DNA from: Phycisphaerae bacterium
GTDB taxonomy: Bacteria > Planctomycetota > Phycisphaerae > UBA1845 > Fen-1342
Direction: 5' to 3'
DNA: 64,000 nucleotides
Assembly (NCBI GenBank): GCA_050115495.1
Contig: JASFQK010000009.1
Span: forward strand, 1-64,000
Shown: in pieces, positions 18,801-28,061 of the stretch
Numbering within the stretch: position 1 is the first letter of the stretch
Layout: each line of letters starts with the position of its first letter
Position numbers and translations under genes: made by a program
Notes under the pieces: generated by a model
What the model was told of the DNA's origin: nothing
The model's input: only the letters and a program-made list of their open reading frames with translations
The model's database searches: none

Positions 18801-21755
18801 TCAGTCTTCGCCGCGGAGCCGCTCGGCGAGGTCGGGGTACGTCCGGCCGAGCGCGTAGCGAATCGCACGAACGTCGTCGCGTTCGAGCCCGGCCCGCACC
18901 CCCTCGGCGAGCGTCGCCCGCACGGCGTCCACGTCCCCCCGCTCCGCCGCCAGCCAGCACCGCCAGTACCACGCCCCCACGTGCGCCGGCTCCAGCTTGA
19001 GCGCCGCATCGATCCACGGTTCGAGCGCCGGACGCTCCGCCGGCGGCATGCCGGCGAACAGGGCGACCAGACCGCCCGTGTACGCGTCGGCCAGGGCGCT
19101 CGAAATGTCCGCATCTTCGCCGACCAACGCCCGCAGGATGTCCGCCGCCTCCGTCTCGCGTCCCGCGGTCAGCAGGGCAACGACCAGCCGGCTGCGGAAC
19201 GGCCGCAACAGCGCTTCGTACTTCTGCTCCTGAATGACCGGCAGCCGCTTGATCGCCAGCCGCAGCAGTTCGGCGGCCTCGTCCGCCCGTTCGTACGGCG
19301 CCTCGCGCAGTGTGAAGTCCGCCTCCTCGGCCAGGGCGAACGAATGCAGCGTCGGGAAACGTTGGCGCATCGGCTCGTACAGCAGGGCCGCCCGCGCCGC
19401 ATACCGCCGCGCCTCCTCGTAGTTCCCCGCCGCCGCCTCGACGTACGCCTTCAGCCGATACACCTCCGGCGCGCCCGAGGCAATCAGACTATCCAGGTCC
19501 GTCTCCGGCGAAATCGGACCGGCGGCATTCAGAAAGTCGTCCAGCACATGGTTGAAATCAGGTTCGTCGGCGTACTGGGCCAGCGCCGCCTGCCAATCCT
19601 GTGTCACCGGCGGCGAACGCAGCGCGTCACGCAGCAGGCTGATGCGGAAGCCGAGCTCCGCCGGGTAGTTCTCGTTCGTCAGAGCCAGCAGCGTCTCCAC
19701 GTCGTACGGCCGCCAGCGCCGCTGCTTCAGCCACGCCTGCCCGGCACGCTGCGCCCATTCCTGCGCTTCCGGCGCGTTCGCCAAGGTGAGCAGGTTGGCC
19801 AGCAGCTCGGCGGCGCTGGCCCCAATCGCCGCCGAATGCATGAGTGTGGGGGCGCGCTCGGCGAGCCGGGCCGCGGCACCGTAAGCGCGCTCGCACTGCT
19901 GGACCGCGGACCACCACAGCTTGCCCGATTCCTCGTCGGCGATGGACGTGGTCGGCTGCGACGTCTGGGCGGCGAGGACGCTCTGCCGCATCCCCAGTTC
20001 GTCGTACGTGGTCCGGGCCAGGGCCATCTGCGCGTACACCGACTCCCCGTCGTTGATGATCTGCCGCACCGGATCGAGCAGGCTCGCCGACGCCGCGGAG
20101 TACTCGCCGACGGCTTCCACCAGCCGCCCCTCCTCGGAGTGCAGCCGGGCCCGCTCTTCGCGCAGCACGCCCGCCCAGTTCTGACTCGTCAGCGACATCC
20201 CCCCGATCGCACAAACCACGACAGCGATGCACGCCACCAACGGCCGCAACGCTCGACCGCCGCCCAGCCGCCCCGGATCAGCCAGCAGGTCGGCCACACC
20301 CTGCCCCGCCGGCGGTCGCGACGCCGATCGCCCCGACGCCCAGATCACCCCCAACAGCGTATAGAACACCGCCGGCGTCCCGGATAGCCGCAGGCTCGGC
20401 GACACCATCGACTCGGTCATCATCGCCCCGAGTGCCCCCAGCAGCGCCAGGTCAAGCCAGCGCCGCTCCTGGCTGCGCCGTTGCCGCAGCAGCGCCGCGG
20501 CGGCCGCCAGCGATGCCAGCCATCCGCCAACGAACGTCACCCCGCCGACGAGGCCGATCTCGGTCAGCACCTCCAGCAATTCGTTATGGCAGTGCTCGAC
20601 CAGTTCGCCCATGAACGCTGCCGGATCGAGCGCCCGATCGCGAATCGACAACTGCCCCGCCAGCCGCGGATACGATCCGGCCCCCTGCCCGGCTATCGAG
20701 CTCAGCCAATCCTGTCCCCACAGCTCGGCGGCGTAGCGCCATGCGTACAGCCGGAAGCGGATCGTCGCCCCGCGGGCCATCGCCGTGTCCAGCCGCGAAT
20801 ACGTATTGAGCCACCACCCCGCCCCGCTGAGCCCGGCGAGCATGACGGCGATGATCGCCCAGCGCAGCCGGCGGCCGGCCCGCATCAGCAGCATCGCCCC
20901 GACGCCCACGCCGAGCCCGACCGTCGCCGCCCGCGAGTTCGTCAATCCAAAGCACCCCAGCAGCGGCACCAGCGCCACGACCGCCCCGATCGTCGGCCAC
21001 AGCGGCCCGACGCCGCGGCGTAGCCACAGCCGCTCTGCCGTCGCGGCCAGCGTCGCCGCACAGACGAGGATGGCCGGCAGCAGCGCTGCCGCCAGCGTCG
21101 CCGGATTGCCCAGCGGGAAACCCGGCCGGTGATAGGGGTTGCGCTCGAAGTAGTACCAGATGCACAACGCCCCGGCGAGCGCCGACACTACGACCAAGCC
21201 GGTTAGCAGCCGCGGCACATCCCGCCCGTCCAACGTCCACGCCAGCCCCAGGGCCCAGCCGAGCGCCAGCGCGTACAGCCCCGCCTGCCCGAACGAGCAC
21301 GCCCGATCGCCCGACCACAGCGCACTCAGCGCCGACAATGCCACCCAACCTGCCAGCAGAACCTGTGCCGCGAACCACGGCCCCGCCAGCCGGCGCCGTT
21401 GCAGCACGCCGTCCCGGGCGAACCACAGCCGCCCCGCGAACAGCAGCAGCCCCAGCACCGCCGCCAGGTGCAGCGCCAGGTCCTTGATCTCCGTGCCGCG
21501 AGCGGTCGAGGCCCGTCCACCAAACGATAGCAGGTCGGTCAGCGGCTTCAGCAGCGACGTCGTGCGCCAGGGGATCGCTCCCGGGTACGTCTCGCCGCGC
21601 GGCGGACTCATGAGAAAGAACGTCGCCGCCAGCAGGGCCAGGGCCACGAGCAGGCTGGCCCGGGAGAACCGGCTGCGGAGCCGCTCGTCACGTACCAGCG
21701 GCGCGTCCGGCTGCGCCGGCGCGGGAGAGGCAGATTCAGTGTCGGACGTGGGCAA
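18801..21755 (-). CDS. O-antigen ligase (Wzy_C) family membrane protein with long helical/TPR-like C-terminus
   Basis: Many TM helices, GNPATLA, TNSRAA, R...W..A, GQGAGSY, HCHNELLE..TEIGLVG; TTG start after GAGGTG. Confidence 0.8.
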   Translation of the reverse strand: MPTSDTESASPAPAQPDAPLVRDERLRSRFSRASLLVALALLAATFFLMSPPRGETYPGAIPWRTTSLLKPLTDLLSFGGRASTARGTEIKDLALHLAAVLGLLLFAGRLWFARDGVLQRRRLAGPWFAAQVLLAGWVALSALSALWSGDRACSFGQAGLYALALGWALGLAWTLDGRDVPRLLTGLVVVSALAGALCIWYYFERNPYHRPGFPLGNPATLAAALLPAILVCAATLAATAERLWLRRGVGPLWPTIGAVVALVPLLGCFGLTNSRAATVGLGVGVGAMLLMRAGRRLRWAIIAVMLAGLSGAGWWLNTYSRLDTAMARGATIRFRLYAWRYAAELWGQDWLSSIAGQGAGSYPRLAGQLSIRDRALDPAAFMGELVEHCHNELLEVLTEIGLVGGVTFVGGWLASLAAAAALLRQRRSQERRWLDLALLGALGAMMTESMVSPSLRLSGTPAVFYTLLGVIWASGRSASRPPAGQGVADLLADPGRLGGGRALRPLVACIAVVVCAIGGMSLTSQNWAGVLREERARLHSEEGRLVEAVGEYSAASASLLDPVRQIINDGESVYAQMALARTTYDELGMRQSVLAAQTSQPTTSIADEESGKLWWSAVQQCERAYGAAARLAERAPTLMHSAAIGASAAELLANLLTLANAPEAQEWAQRAGQAWLKQRRWRPYDVETLLALTNENYPAELGFRISLLRDALRSPPVTQDWQAALAQYADEPDFNHVLDDFLNAAGPISPETDLDSLIASGAPEVYRLKAYVEAAAGNYEEARRYAARAALLYEPMRQRFPTLHSFALAEEADFTLREAPYERADEAAELLRLAIKRLPVIQEQKYEALLRPFRSRLVVALLTAGRETEAADILRALVGEDADISSALADAYTGGLVALFAGMPPAERPALEPWIDAALKLEPAHVGAWYWRCWLAAERGDVDAVRATLAEGVRAGLERDDVRAIRYALGRTYPDLAERLRGED

Positions 21756-21938
21756 TCAGCACCTCGGCGTCCGGCGTAACCCCCGACGGGGATAGGGCCG
21801 CACGGTGCCGTTTTGTGCAGCGCCGGCCCGTGGTTGTCAAATCCGGTCGAAGGCGCGACATGATGCCGGAGTTGCGCTTGTCGTTTGCGCTGCGGGCAGA
21901 TATTCTGCGTGAGCCAGGGCTCACGAAGGCGCTCCACG

Positions 21939-23372
21939 ATGACTACGATCGAGATGTTGGCAGACGGGGTGCTTGTACTGCCGCGAGCACTCGACGCCCT
22001 GCGCGTCCACCTGATTGGAATTGGCGGCAGCGGTATGGCCGGATTGGCCGCGTTTCTGCTGCGCCGCGGTTCGAGCGTCAGCGGCTCGGATATGCAGCCC
22101 GGCGATGAGGTCCGCCGCCTCGCCGAAGCCGGTGTGCACGTCGCCGAGCCCGGCACCGAGGCAATCCCGCCCGACGTAGATCTCGTCGTGCGCTCCGCCG
22201 CCGTGCCCGACACGCAGCCGGAAGTGGTCGAAGCCCGCCGCCGCGGCGTACCCGTGGTGAAATACGCCCAGGCGCTCGGGGCACTCATGTCCCACTGCGC
22301 CGGCGTGGCCATCAGCGGCACCCACGGCAAGAGCACGACCACCGGCTGGCTCAGCTACGTCCTGCGCGAAGCCGGGCTCGACCCCAGCTTCGTCATCGGC
22401 GCCAGCGTTCCCCAGCTTGGCGGCGGCAGCGGCGCCGGCGACGGACCGCACTTCGTCGCCGAAGCCTGCGAGTACGATCGCTCGTTCCTCAACCTCCGGC
22501 CGCAACGCGCCGCCATCCTCAACATCGAGGAAGACCACCTCGACTGCTACCGCAACCTGGCGGCGATCGAGGCCGCGTTCGCCGAGTTCGCCGCCCGCGT
22601 GCCGGCCGACGGTCTGCTGGTCACCAACGCGAATGACGCAAGCTGCCGCCGCGTCGCCGCTCACGCCACCTGCCGCGTCGAGACCTTCGGCTTCACCGAT
22701 GCGGCAGACTGGTCGGCCAGCGAACTCGTCCCCGAGCGCGGCTGCTACGCCTTCAGCGTCTCGCACCGCACGAAGATGCTCGGCCGCATTTCCGTTGGTC
22801 TGCCTGGCCGGCACAACGTCGCCAACGCCCTCGCCGTTATGGCCCTGGCCACGGACTGCGGCGCCCAGTGGGAGCAGATCGTGCCCGCCCTGGCCAGTTT
22901 CCGCGGCGTCCGCCGGCGGCTCGAGCTGCGCGGCAAGGCCCGCGGCGTGCGCGTACTCGACGACTACGCCCACCATCCGACCGAAATCCGGGCCACCCTC
23001 GCCGCCGCCCGGCAGCGCTACGAGCCGCGCCAGCTCTGGTGCCTCTTCCAGCCGCACCAGCACTCGCGAACGCGCTTCCTGCTGTCCGCCTTCGCCGAGA
23101 GCTTCGCCCAGGCCGACCACGTCGTCGTGCCCGACATCTACTTCGTCCGCGACAGCGAGCGGGAACGCGAAGCGGTCAGCGCCGAGGACCTCGTCGAACG
23201 CATCCGCGCCCGCGGCGACGACGCCGAGTTCCTCCCCTCCTTCGACAGCATCGTGACCCGCGTCGTGGCGGCGGCACAGCCGGGCGACGTGGTCATCACC
23301 ATGGGCGCCGGGAACATCTGGAAGGTCGCCGATGAGCTGCTTCGCCGGCTTCGAGAAGATCTGCCAGCCTGA
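21939..23372 (+). CDS. murC: UDP-N-acetylmuramate--L-alanine ligase
   Basis: HLIGIGGSGMAGLA, SGTHGKSTT, EACEYDRSFL, DDYAHHPTE, FQPHQHSRT. Confidence 0.95.
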   Translation: MTTIEMLADGVLVLPRALDALRVHLIGIGGSGMAGLAAFLLRRGSSVSGSDMQPGDEVRRLAEAGVHVAEPGTEAIPPDVDLVVRSAAVPDTQPEVVEARRRGVPVVKYAQALGALMSHCAGVAISGTHGKSTTTGWLSYVLREAGLDPSFVIGASVPQLGGGSGAGDGPHFVAEACEYDRSFLNLRPQRAAILNIEEDHLDCYRNLAAIEAAFAEFAARVPADGLLVTNANDASCRRVAAHATCRVETFGFTDAADWSASELVPERGCYAFSVSHRTKMLGRISVGLPGRHNVANALAVMALATDCGAQWEQIVPALASFRGVRRRLELRGKARGVRVLDDYAHHPTEIRATLAAARQRYEPRQLWCLFQPHQHSRTRFLLSAFAESFAQADHVVVPDIYFVRDSEREREAVSAEDLVERIRARGDDAEFLPSFDSIVTRVVAAAQPGDVVITMGAGNIWKVADELLRRLREDLPA

Positions 23373-24216
23373 CGCCCCGCTGGCCCCGCTCACCTGGTAT
23401 CGGCTGGGCGGACCGGCCCGCTGGCTGCTGAGCCCGCGCGACGAGGCGGAACTCGCCGCCGTGCTCGAACGCTGCCGCGCACATGGCGTCTCCTGGCGAT
23501 TGCTCGGCCGCGGGGCGAACGTGCTCGTCCGTGACGAGGGCGTCGACGCCGCGGTGATCCACCTGTGCGGCCCGACCTGGGAAGAGATCCGCTGGGAAGA
23601 TCCGCTGGTGACGGCGGCGGCCGGCGTCGACTTCCCCCGCCTTCAGAAACAGAGCGTCGAACGCGGTCTCGGCGGCCTCGAAAACCTCGCCGGCATCCCC
23701 GGTACGCTCGGCGGCATCCTCCGCATGAACGCCGGCGGCCGATACGGGCAGATCAGCGACTACGTACGGCAGGTCCGCGTCATGGATGGCGATGGCCGCG
23801 TAACCACACGCACCGCCGGGGAGGCCGGCTTCGGCTATCGCCACTCGGCCCTGACCGGCGTGGTCATCCTCGGGGCGACGCTCGCCCTGCAACCCGGTTC
23901 ACGCGAAGACCTGGTCGCCCGGTCGCAGGCCATTTGGAAGGAGAAGAGCACCTCGCAGGTCGCCCTTGGCGCGCGCTCCGCCGGCTGCATCTTCCGCAAC
24001 CCGCCGAACGCCCCGCCCGCCGGACGCCTGCTGGACGAAGCCGGGCTGAAAGGCACGCGCATCGGCGGCGCGGAGATCAGCCCGCGGCATGCGAATTTCA
24101 TTGTCGCCCGGGAAGGCACCACCGCCCGGGACGTGCTAGAATTAATCATGCACGCGAAGGAACGCGTGCGGCAGAGCGTGGGAATCGAGCTCAAGCTCGA
24201 AATCGACATCTGGTAG
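23332..24216 (+). CDS. murB: UDP-N-acetylenolpyruvoylglucosamine reductase
   Basis: GGPA, LGRGANVL, GIPGTLGG..RMNAG, SAGCIFRNP, HANFIV. Confidence 0.95.
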   Translation: MSCFAGFEKICQPDAPLAPLTWYRLGGPARWLLSPRDEAELAAVLERCRAHGVSWRLLGRGANVLVRDEGVDAAVIHLCGPTWEEIRWEDPLVTAAAGVDFPRLQKQSVERGLGGLENLAGIPGTLGGILRMNAGGRYGQISDYVRQVRVMDGDGRVTTRTAGEAGFGYRHSALTGVVILGATLALQPGSREDLVARSQAIWKEKSTSQVALGARSAGCIFRNPPNAPPAGRLLDEAGLKGTRIGGAEISPRHANFIVAREGTTARDVLELIMHAKERVRQSVGIELKLEIDIW

Positions 24217-24266
24217 CCGGCCCCGCGGCGAATGCCGCCGAGGCAGGCCCGCGTTCTGGTGAACGG

Positions 24267-25217
24267 ATGCACAAGACGCAAACCGTGAACAGTCCACACA
24301 CGACCACTGAGCGGCGTTTACGCGTCACCGTCCTACGCGGCGGGCCCAGTCCCGAACGCGACGTCAGCCTTGTTTCCGGCCAGGCTGTCGCCGACGCCCT
24401 CCGCCGACGCGGCCACGACGTCTTCGAGGCCGACATCCATCCCGACCACCTCGAAGCCCTGTCTCAGCCGGCGGACATGGTCTTTCCGGCGTTGCACGGC
24501 ACGTTCGGCGAAGACGGCGTGCTTCAACACATCATGGAATCGCGCGGCATCCGCTTCGTCGGCTCGGGGGCGCAAGCCTCCGCCCTGGCCATGGACAAGG
24601 TCGCCTCCAAGCAGCGCGTTCTGGACATGGGCCTGCCAACGCCGGCCTACGAGGTCTGGACCACCGACGCCACGCCGGACAACCTCCCGAAACTCCCCCT
24701 GCCCCTGGTGGTCAAACCGGCCGACCAGGGCAGCAGCGTGGACACGTTCGTTGTCCGCGAGCCGGCTGAGCTGCCGCCGGCGATCACAACCGTCGTCCAG
24801 CACTTCGGCCGGGCTCTCGTCGAGCAGTACATCGCCGGCGACGAGCTCACCGTCGGCATCATCGGCGGCGAGGCCCTGCCGCCCATCTGTGTCCGCCCGC
24901 GGCGGGCCTTCTATGATTACACGGCGAAATACCAGGACGACGCCACCGAATACCTGTTCGACGCCGGCCACCCGGAGAGTCTGCTCACCCAGGCCCAGGA
25001 GTGGAGCCGGCGCGTGTTCGAGGGCTTCGGCTGCCGCCACCTCGGCCGTATCGACTGGATGGTCGACGCCGACGGCCGGCTGTGGTTCCTCGAGGTGAAC
25101 ACGATCCCAGGGTTCACGACGCACTCGCTCGTGCCCAAGGCGGCCGCACGCGTGGGCGTGAGCTTCGACGAACTGGTGGAACGGCTCGTGCGCATGGCCC
25201 TGGCGGAGACATCGTGA
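24267..25217 (+). CDS. ddl: D-alanine--D-alanine ligase
   Basis: GGPSPERDVSLVSG, LHGTFGEDG, MDKV, FYDYTAKY, LEVNTIPG. Confidence 0.95.
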   Translation: MHKTQTVNSPHTTTERRLRVTVLRGGPSPERDVSLVSGQAVADALRRRGHDVFEADIHPDHLEALSQPADMVFPALHGTFGEDGVLQHIMESRGIRFVGSGAQASALAMDKVASKQRVLDMGLPTPAYEVWTTDATPDNLPKLPLPLVVKPADQGSSVDTFVVREPAELPPAITTVVQHFGRALVEQYIAGDELTVGIIGGEALPPICVRPRRAFYDYTAKYQDDATEYLFDAGHPESLLTQAQEWSRRVFEGFGCRHLGRIDWMVDADGRLWFLEVNTIPGFTTHSLVPKAAARVGVSFDELVERLVRMALAETS

Positions 25218-26167
25218 AGCGCACCAGCAAGAAACGAACGACGAAGGCGACGACGCGCCGGTCGCGCACGACCCGCGCCTCGACCCCCTCCCTGGCCATG
25301 ACCATGTCGAAGGCCGCCGCCCGCCGGCTCGCCTTCGCCTCCCTCTGGCTCATCGCCCTCGCCGGCGCAGTCTACGGCCTGCACCGGCTCGAACCGTACG
25401 CCCTCGCCGCCAATACCAAGGGGCCCTGGACACTCAGTTGGATCAACCCGCCAGCGGACAGTGCCTGGATGCTCAAGGAGATCGAGGACGAGCGGCTCAC
25501 CGCAACCTTCCGCCAAACCGACATCCACGACCCGAATCTTTGTGAGCGCATCAAGGACGCCCTCGAGCAGTCCGCCTGGATCGAAAAGGTCGAACGCGTC
25601 GCGAAACGTTCCGACGGCGTTGTGAATGTGACAGCGGTGTTCCGCCGGTACGTGTCTTTTGTTGTAAAGGACGGAATGGGTTATCTGGTCGACGCCCAGG
25701 GCACGCGTCTACCGCGGCAGGTGCCGGCCTCGTCCCTCGGCGAATACGGGCTGCTGCTCATCGAGGGCGCAAGCGGGCCCGTTCCTTCCGTAGGCCAGGC
25801 ATGGTCCTGTAAACCCTTCAGCAAGCGGTCATGGTCCGGTACCGATGTGCAGGCCGGCCTGGCACTGGTGACGTTCCTCAGGGAGAAGTGCCCACCGGAG
25901 CTGCTAGGCCTGCTCGTCGCCGTGGACGTGTCGAACTGCGATGACCGCCTGAACGGCCTGGACGGTTGGCTTTCCGTGCGCACGATATACCCCGGTATGT
26001 GGATTCGCTGGGGGCTGCCACCGGGTAAGGAATATGGTATAGAAGCTACCAGCAATACGAAGTTTGAGCATCTATGGTCGGCGTATCGCAACGGGAGCCA
26101 GTTCCACGAACGCTCCCTGATCGATGTGCGGCCCCGAAAGGGCATCATCGTTCCGAGCACACCGTAG
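25214..26167 (+). CDS. ftsQ: Divergent FtsQ/DivIB-like cell division protein
   Basis: Directly after ddl; basic N-terminus, one TM helix, POTRA-like WIEKVERVAK..V...FR, YLVDAQG..LP. Confidence 0.6.
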   Translation: MKRTSKKRTTKATTRRSRTTRASTPSLAMTMSKAAARRLAFASLWLIALAGAVYGLHRLEPYALAANTKGPWTLSWINPPADSAWMLKEIEDERLTATFRQTDIHDPNLCERIKDALEQSAWIEKVERVAKRSDGVVNVTAVFRRYVSFVVKDGMGYLVDAQGTRLPRQVPASSLGEYGLLLIEGASGPVPSVGQAWSCKPFSKRSWSGTDVQAGLALVTFLREKCPPELLGLLVAVDVSNCDDRLNGLDGWLSVRTIYPGMWIRWGLPPGKEYGIEATSNTKFEHLWSAYRNGSQFHERSLIDVRPRKGIIVPSTP

Positions 26168-26193
26168 GGCGCCGGCGCATGGGAGCGTGCACG

Positions 26194-27027
26194 ATGAATG
26201 ATTACCTGAACATGTTCTTCGAGACCGCCAAGCAGCACATCCCCGAGTCCGCGGTGTGGATGCCGCAGGTCGGGACGGGCGTCCTGGCCCTCGTCGGCCT
26301 CATCCTGATGCTGCGCGGCGGCAAGCTGGCACCCTTCGTCGCCGCCTGTGCGTTTCTGGGGATCGGAGGACTCGGCGGGTGGTACGCCTCGGCGTGGATC
26401 GGCACCCCGTTGTGGCCTTCCGTCGCCGTCACCGGCCTGATCGGACTCGTGCTCGGACTGCTGCTGTTTCGCGTGTGGCTCGGCCTGCTCACCGGGGCCT
26501 GCTTCATTGCCGCAGCACTCACCGTATACGGTGTGCGCGTGGTGGCGCCGTACATCGAGAACTACGCGTCGCAGGGCTATGACGCTCAGGCCGGCCTGAT
26601 GGGCGTGAGCCTGGCCGACCCCGGCACGCTCGCCGCCTCGACCGGCACACGCGGCGCCGAGCTCGCCCACTTGTGGAGCTACCTCGTCAGCACCGTTCCG
26701 GCGTTCCAGACGAACTTCTGGGCGATTACGGCGTCGACGGGACTGGCCGGCCTGCTCGTCGGATTGCTGCTCCCGCGGCTGTCGCGAGCGCTCTTCGCGG
26801 CCACGGCAGGCACATTTTGCATGTTCCTGGCGCTGGTGATGGCGCTCAAGGTGATATGGCCGTCGGCACTGGCCTGGCTGACGACGCTCGGGACGTGGTC
26901 CTGGGGCATCGTCGCCGCAGTCTGGCTGTTCTCCCTGCTGCACAACTTCTTCACGATGCGTCGCCGTCACGTCCGGCGAAAGGCCGCGGAAGAAGAGGCC
27001 CCCGAGGGCGAACCGGCCACGGCGTAA
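26194..27027 (+). CDS. Multi-pass membrane protein (DUF4203-like)
   Basis: About 7 Gly-rich hydrophobic helices; start uncertain (26179 or 26194). Confidence 0.6.
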   Translation: MNDYLNMFFETAKQHIPESAVWMPQVGTGVLALVGLILMLRGGKLAPFVAACAFLGIGGLGGWYASAWIGTPLWPSVAVTGLIGLVLGLLLFRVWLGLLTGACFIAAALTVYGVRVVAPYIENYASQGYDAQAGLMGVSLADPGTLAASTGTRGAELAHLWSYLVSTVPAFQTNFWAITASTGLAGLLVGLLLPRLSRALFAATAGTFCMFLALVMALKVIWPSALAWLTTLGTWSWGIVAAVWLFSLLHNFFTMRRRHVRRKAAEEEAPEGEPATA

Positions 27028-27129
27028 GGCTCAACGTCGTCCGATAAGCCACCAACTTTCCAATCATCCCCCCTGCTCGATTCCACGATACATCCTCTGG
27101 CGCTGCGCGCGCTCGCCGGAGACACCACC

Positions 27130-27750
27130 TTGACCGACGTACAGCGAGAGTTGTTCTGTTGGGCGGCCAGCCAGCCGCCGTTGACGGGGGTCGTCGTGAT
27201 GGCGGCCGGGGTGGTCTACGCCTTTTTCGGATTTCGCCTGTTCAGATTCCTGCTAGCCATCTCCTGTGGCGGGCTGGGATATCTGGCGGGAGCGATCGCG
27301 ACGCAGTACGTCGACGTCCCCGAGTTGTACCTGTGTGCTGCGGGAGCGGTTTTGTTCTGCGTCATCGCCGCCAAGTGGGAACGCGTCGGCGTCGTCATTT
27401 CCGCCGCCGCCACCTGGGCCCTGCTGGGCGGTTACCTCAGCATGCAGCTCGGCATACCGCGAACGGGCATCTGGATCACGATGGGGGTGACGGGCCTGCT
27501 TGGGATGCTGTTCGCCCTACTGTGTTATCGGACGACGACCGTCGTCCTCACCACTCTCCAGGGCGTCGTCATCATGATCGTCGGCTTCGTCACCGTGAGC
27601 ACCAAGTTCCTGCCGGCCATCGGCACGACCTTCACCCGCTGGGCGAACTCGCAGTCGCTGCTGGTGCCGGTCTTCCTGATCATGCTGTTCGCGGCGGCAT
27701 ATTCATATCAAACGATGCATCAGCAAGGAGATATCCGAACAGGGCGTTAA
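27130..27750 (+). CDS. Multi-pass membrane protein (DUF4203/TMEM198-like)
   Basis: G.VYAFFGFRLFRFLL...GG.GY.AG; T.LQG; C-terminal YSYQ. Confidence 0.7.
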   Translation: MTDVQRELFCWAASQPPLTGVVVMAAGVVYAFFGFRLFRFLLAISCGGLGYLAGAIATQYVDVPELYLCAAGAVLFCVIAAKWERVGVVISAAATWALLGGYLSMQLGIPRTGIWITMGVTGLLGMLFALLCYRTTTVVLTTLQGVVIMIVGFVTVSTKFLPAIGTTFTRWANSQSLLVPVFLIMLFAAAYSYQTMHQQGDIRTGR

Positions 27751-27816
27751 AGGACGCCGGTGGGCGCCGGGGCGGCAGCACGCCGATATTGCGCTTGGGC
27801 ACTCGGGAAGTCCGGG

Positions 27817-27844
27817 TTGACGTGTCGCTTGCTGCCGATAAACT
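27817..27844 (+). promoter_or_regulatory. Putative sigma70-type promoter upstream of thrS leader
   Basis: TTGACG-N16-TAAACT. Confidence 0.55.
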
Positions 27845-28061
27845 GGAGTGCAGTCAGGGAACCGCGGAGGTTTCCGCTGAACAGAGATCAGGACGAATGA
27901 CACGGACATCCGGTACATGATCCGGGAGACAGTGGAGCGGCTCGCCTGGCCGCCGTCTCGCCGTGACGTCCGTCCTGAATCGCGCAAGTACTTGTCCTGT
28001 ATGCAATTCTCTTCGGCGTCGGCGACTGTGGCGAACCCGCTCCCATGAGGAACAGATCCAC

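Noticed and set aside
27850..28061. T-box riboswitch upstream of thrS
   Set aside because: No T-box consensus or terminator/antiterminator pair found.
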